A DNA stretch of 63,701 nt, filler included, from Reticulomyxa filosa (Eukaryota; Protista; Foraminifera), in NCBI GenBank assembly GCA_000512085.1. It is 15 parts of 15 records of this genome, joined end to end, with 100 filler letters (N's around TTAATTAATTAA, not from the genome) between each part and the next. Parts side by side here need not be neighbours in the genome. Positions count along the whole stretch, not along the records: positions 59,308 to 63,701 come from ASPP01027152.1; 14 more parts are not named here. One strand, given 5' to 3'. The translations under genes were made by a program, and so were the position numbers. A model generated the notes under the pieces. That model worked only from the letters and a program-made list of their open reading frames with translations, was not told the DNA's origin and did not search any database. Below are positions 63,490 through 63,701 of this stretch, piece after piece; the stretch's first letter is position 1; each line of letters opens with the position of its first letter.

Positions 63490-63701
63490 CAGGGCGATCG
63501 GATGAATAAAAATTATAAACAAGTTAGGATTTGAGCCATATAAAGATCATTCCAACCAGCAGTAACCCGCTTAATAGCCAAGCTTTTCTTAGCTTGATCT
63601 TTCTTTAAAATATTTAAAGCTAATCGTCTGACAACAGCAAAATTTCAGCTCCATGATTTTTTCTTAATCTTGATTGATCCTCATTAAATATAACATCAAG
63701 A
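63490..63701 (-). mobile_element. Right end of an ISAs1-family insertion sequence (transposase C-terminus + terminal IR)
   Basis: Reverse translation LDVIFNEDQSRLRKNHGAE/FAVVRRLALNILKKDQAKKSLAIKRVTAGWNDLYMAQILTCL* (one frameshift; stop at 63513). The terminus CAGGGCGATCGGATG at 63490 is typical of ISAs1. Confidence 0.88.

Noticed and set aside
1-63701. rRNA, tRNA or CRISPR-cas loci
   Set aside because: None recognised by eye. A covariance-model scan was not possible, so small RNAs could have been missed.

Overview
This is not one continuous locus. It is about 15 short contigs joined by an artificial 100-bp spacer (N44-TTAATTAATTAA-N44), so neighbourhood across spacers means nothing. Fourteen contigs are AT-rich, intron-rich eukaryotic protist DNA. 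The Kelch-like/WD40 family with a 'GWIDDF' motif, the HEAT-ankyrin protein, poly-Asn runs and homopolymer-rich introns suggest a foraminiferan such as Reticulomyxa (inference from recall, not tested). Recognisable genes: AzgA purine permease, Rab7, TM9SF, PHAF1/UPF0183, a CNNM/DUF21-CBS protein, two protein kinases, an AT-hook protein, gp210, Mpv17/PMP22, a PH-domain fragment, Kelch/WD40 genes and pseudogenes, and several copies of a DD34E Tc1 transposon with long TIRs. The main find is a five-exon, very divergent beta-type tubulin (about 839 aa) with a roughly 390-residue acidic C-terminal extension. The last contig (59308-63701) looks bacterial: an intronless giant coiled-coil gene with a Shine-Dalgarno site, next to the end of an ISAs1 element. 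It is probably a co-assembled endosymbiont. Exon boundaries were inferred by hand from GT-AG sites and reading-frame continuity.
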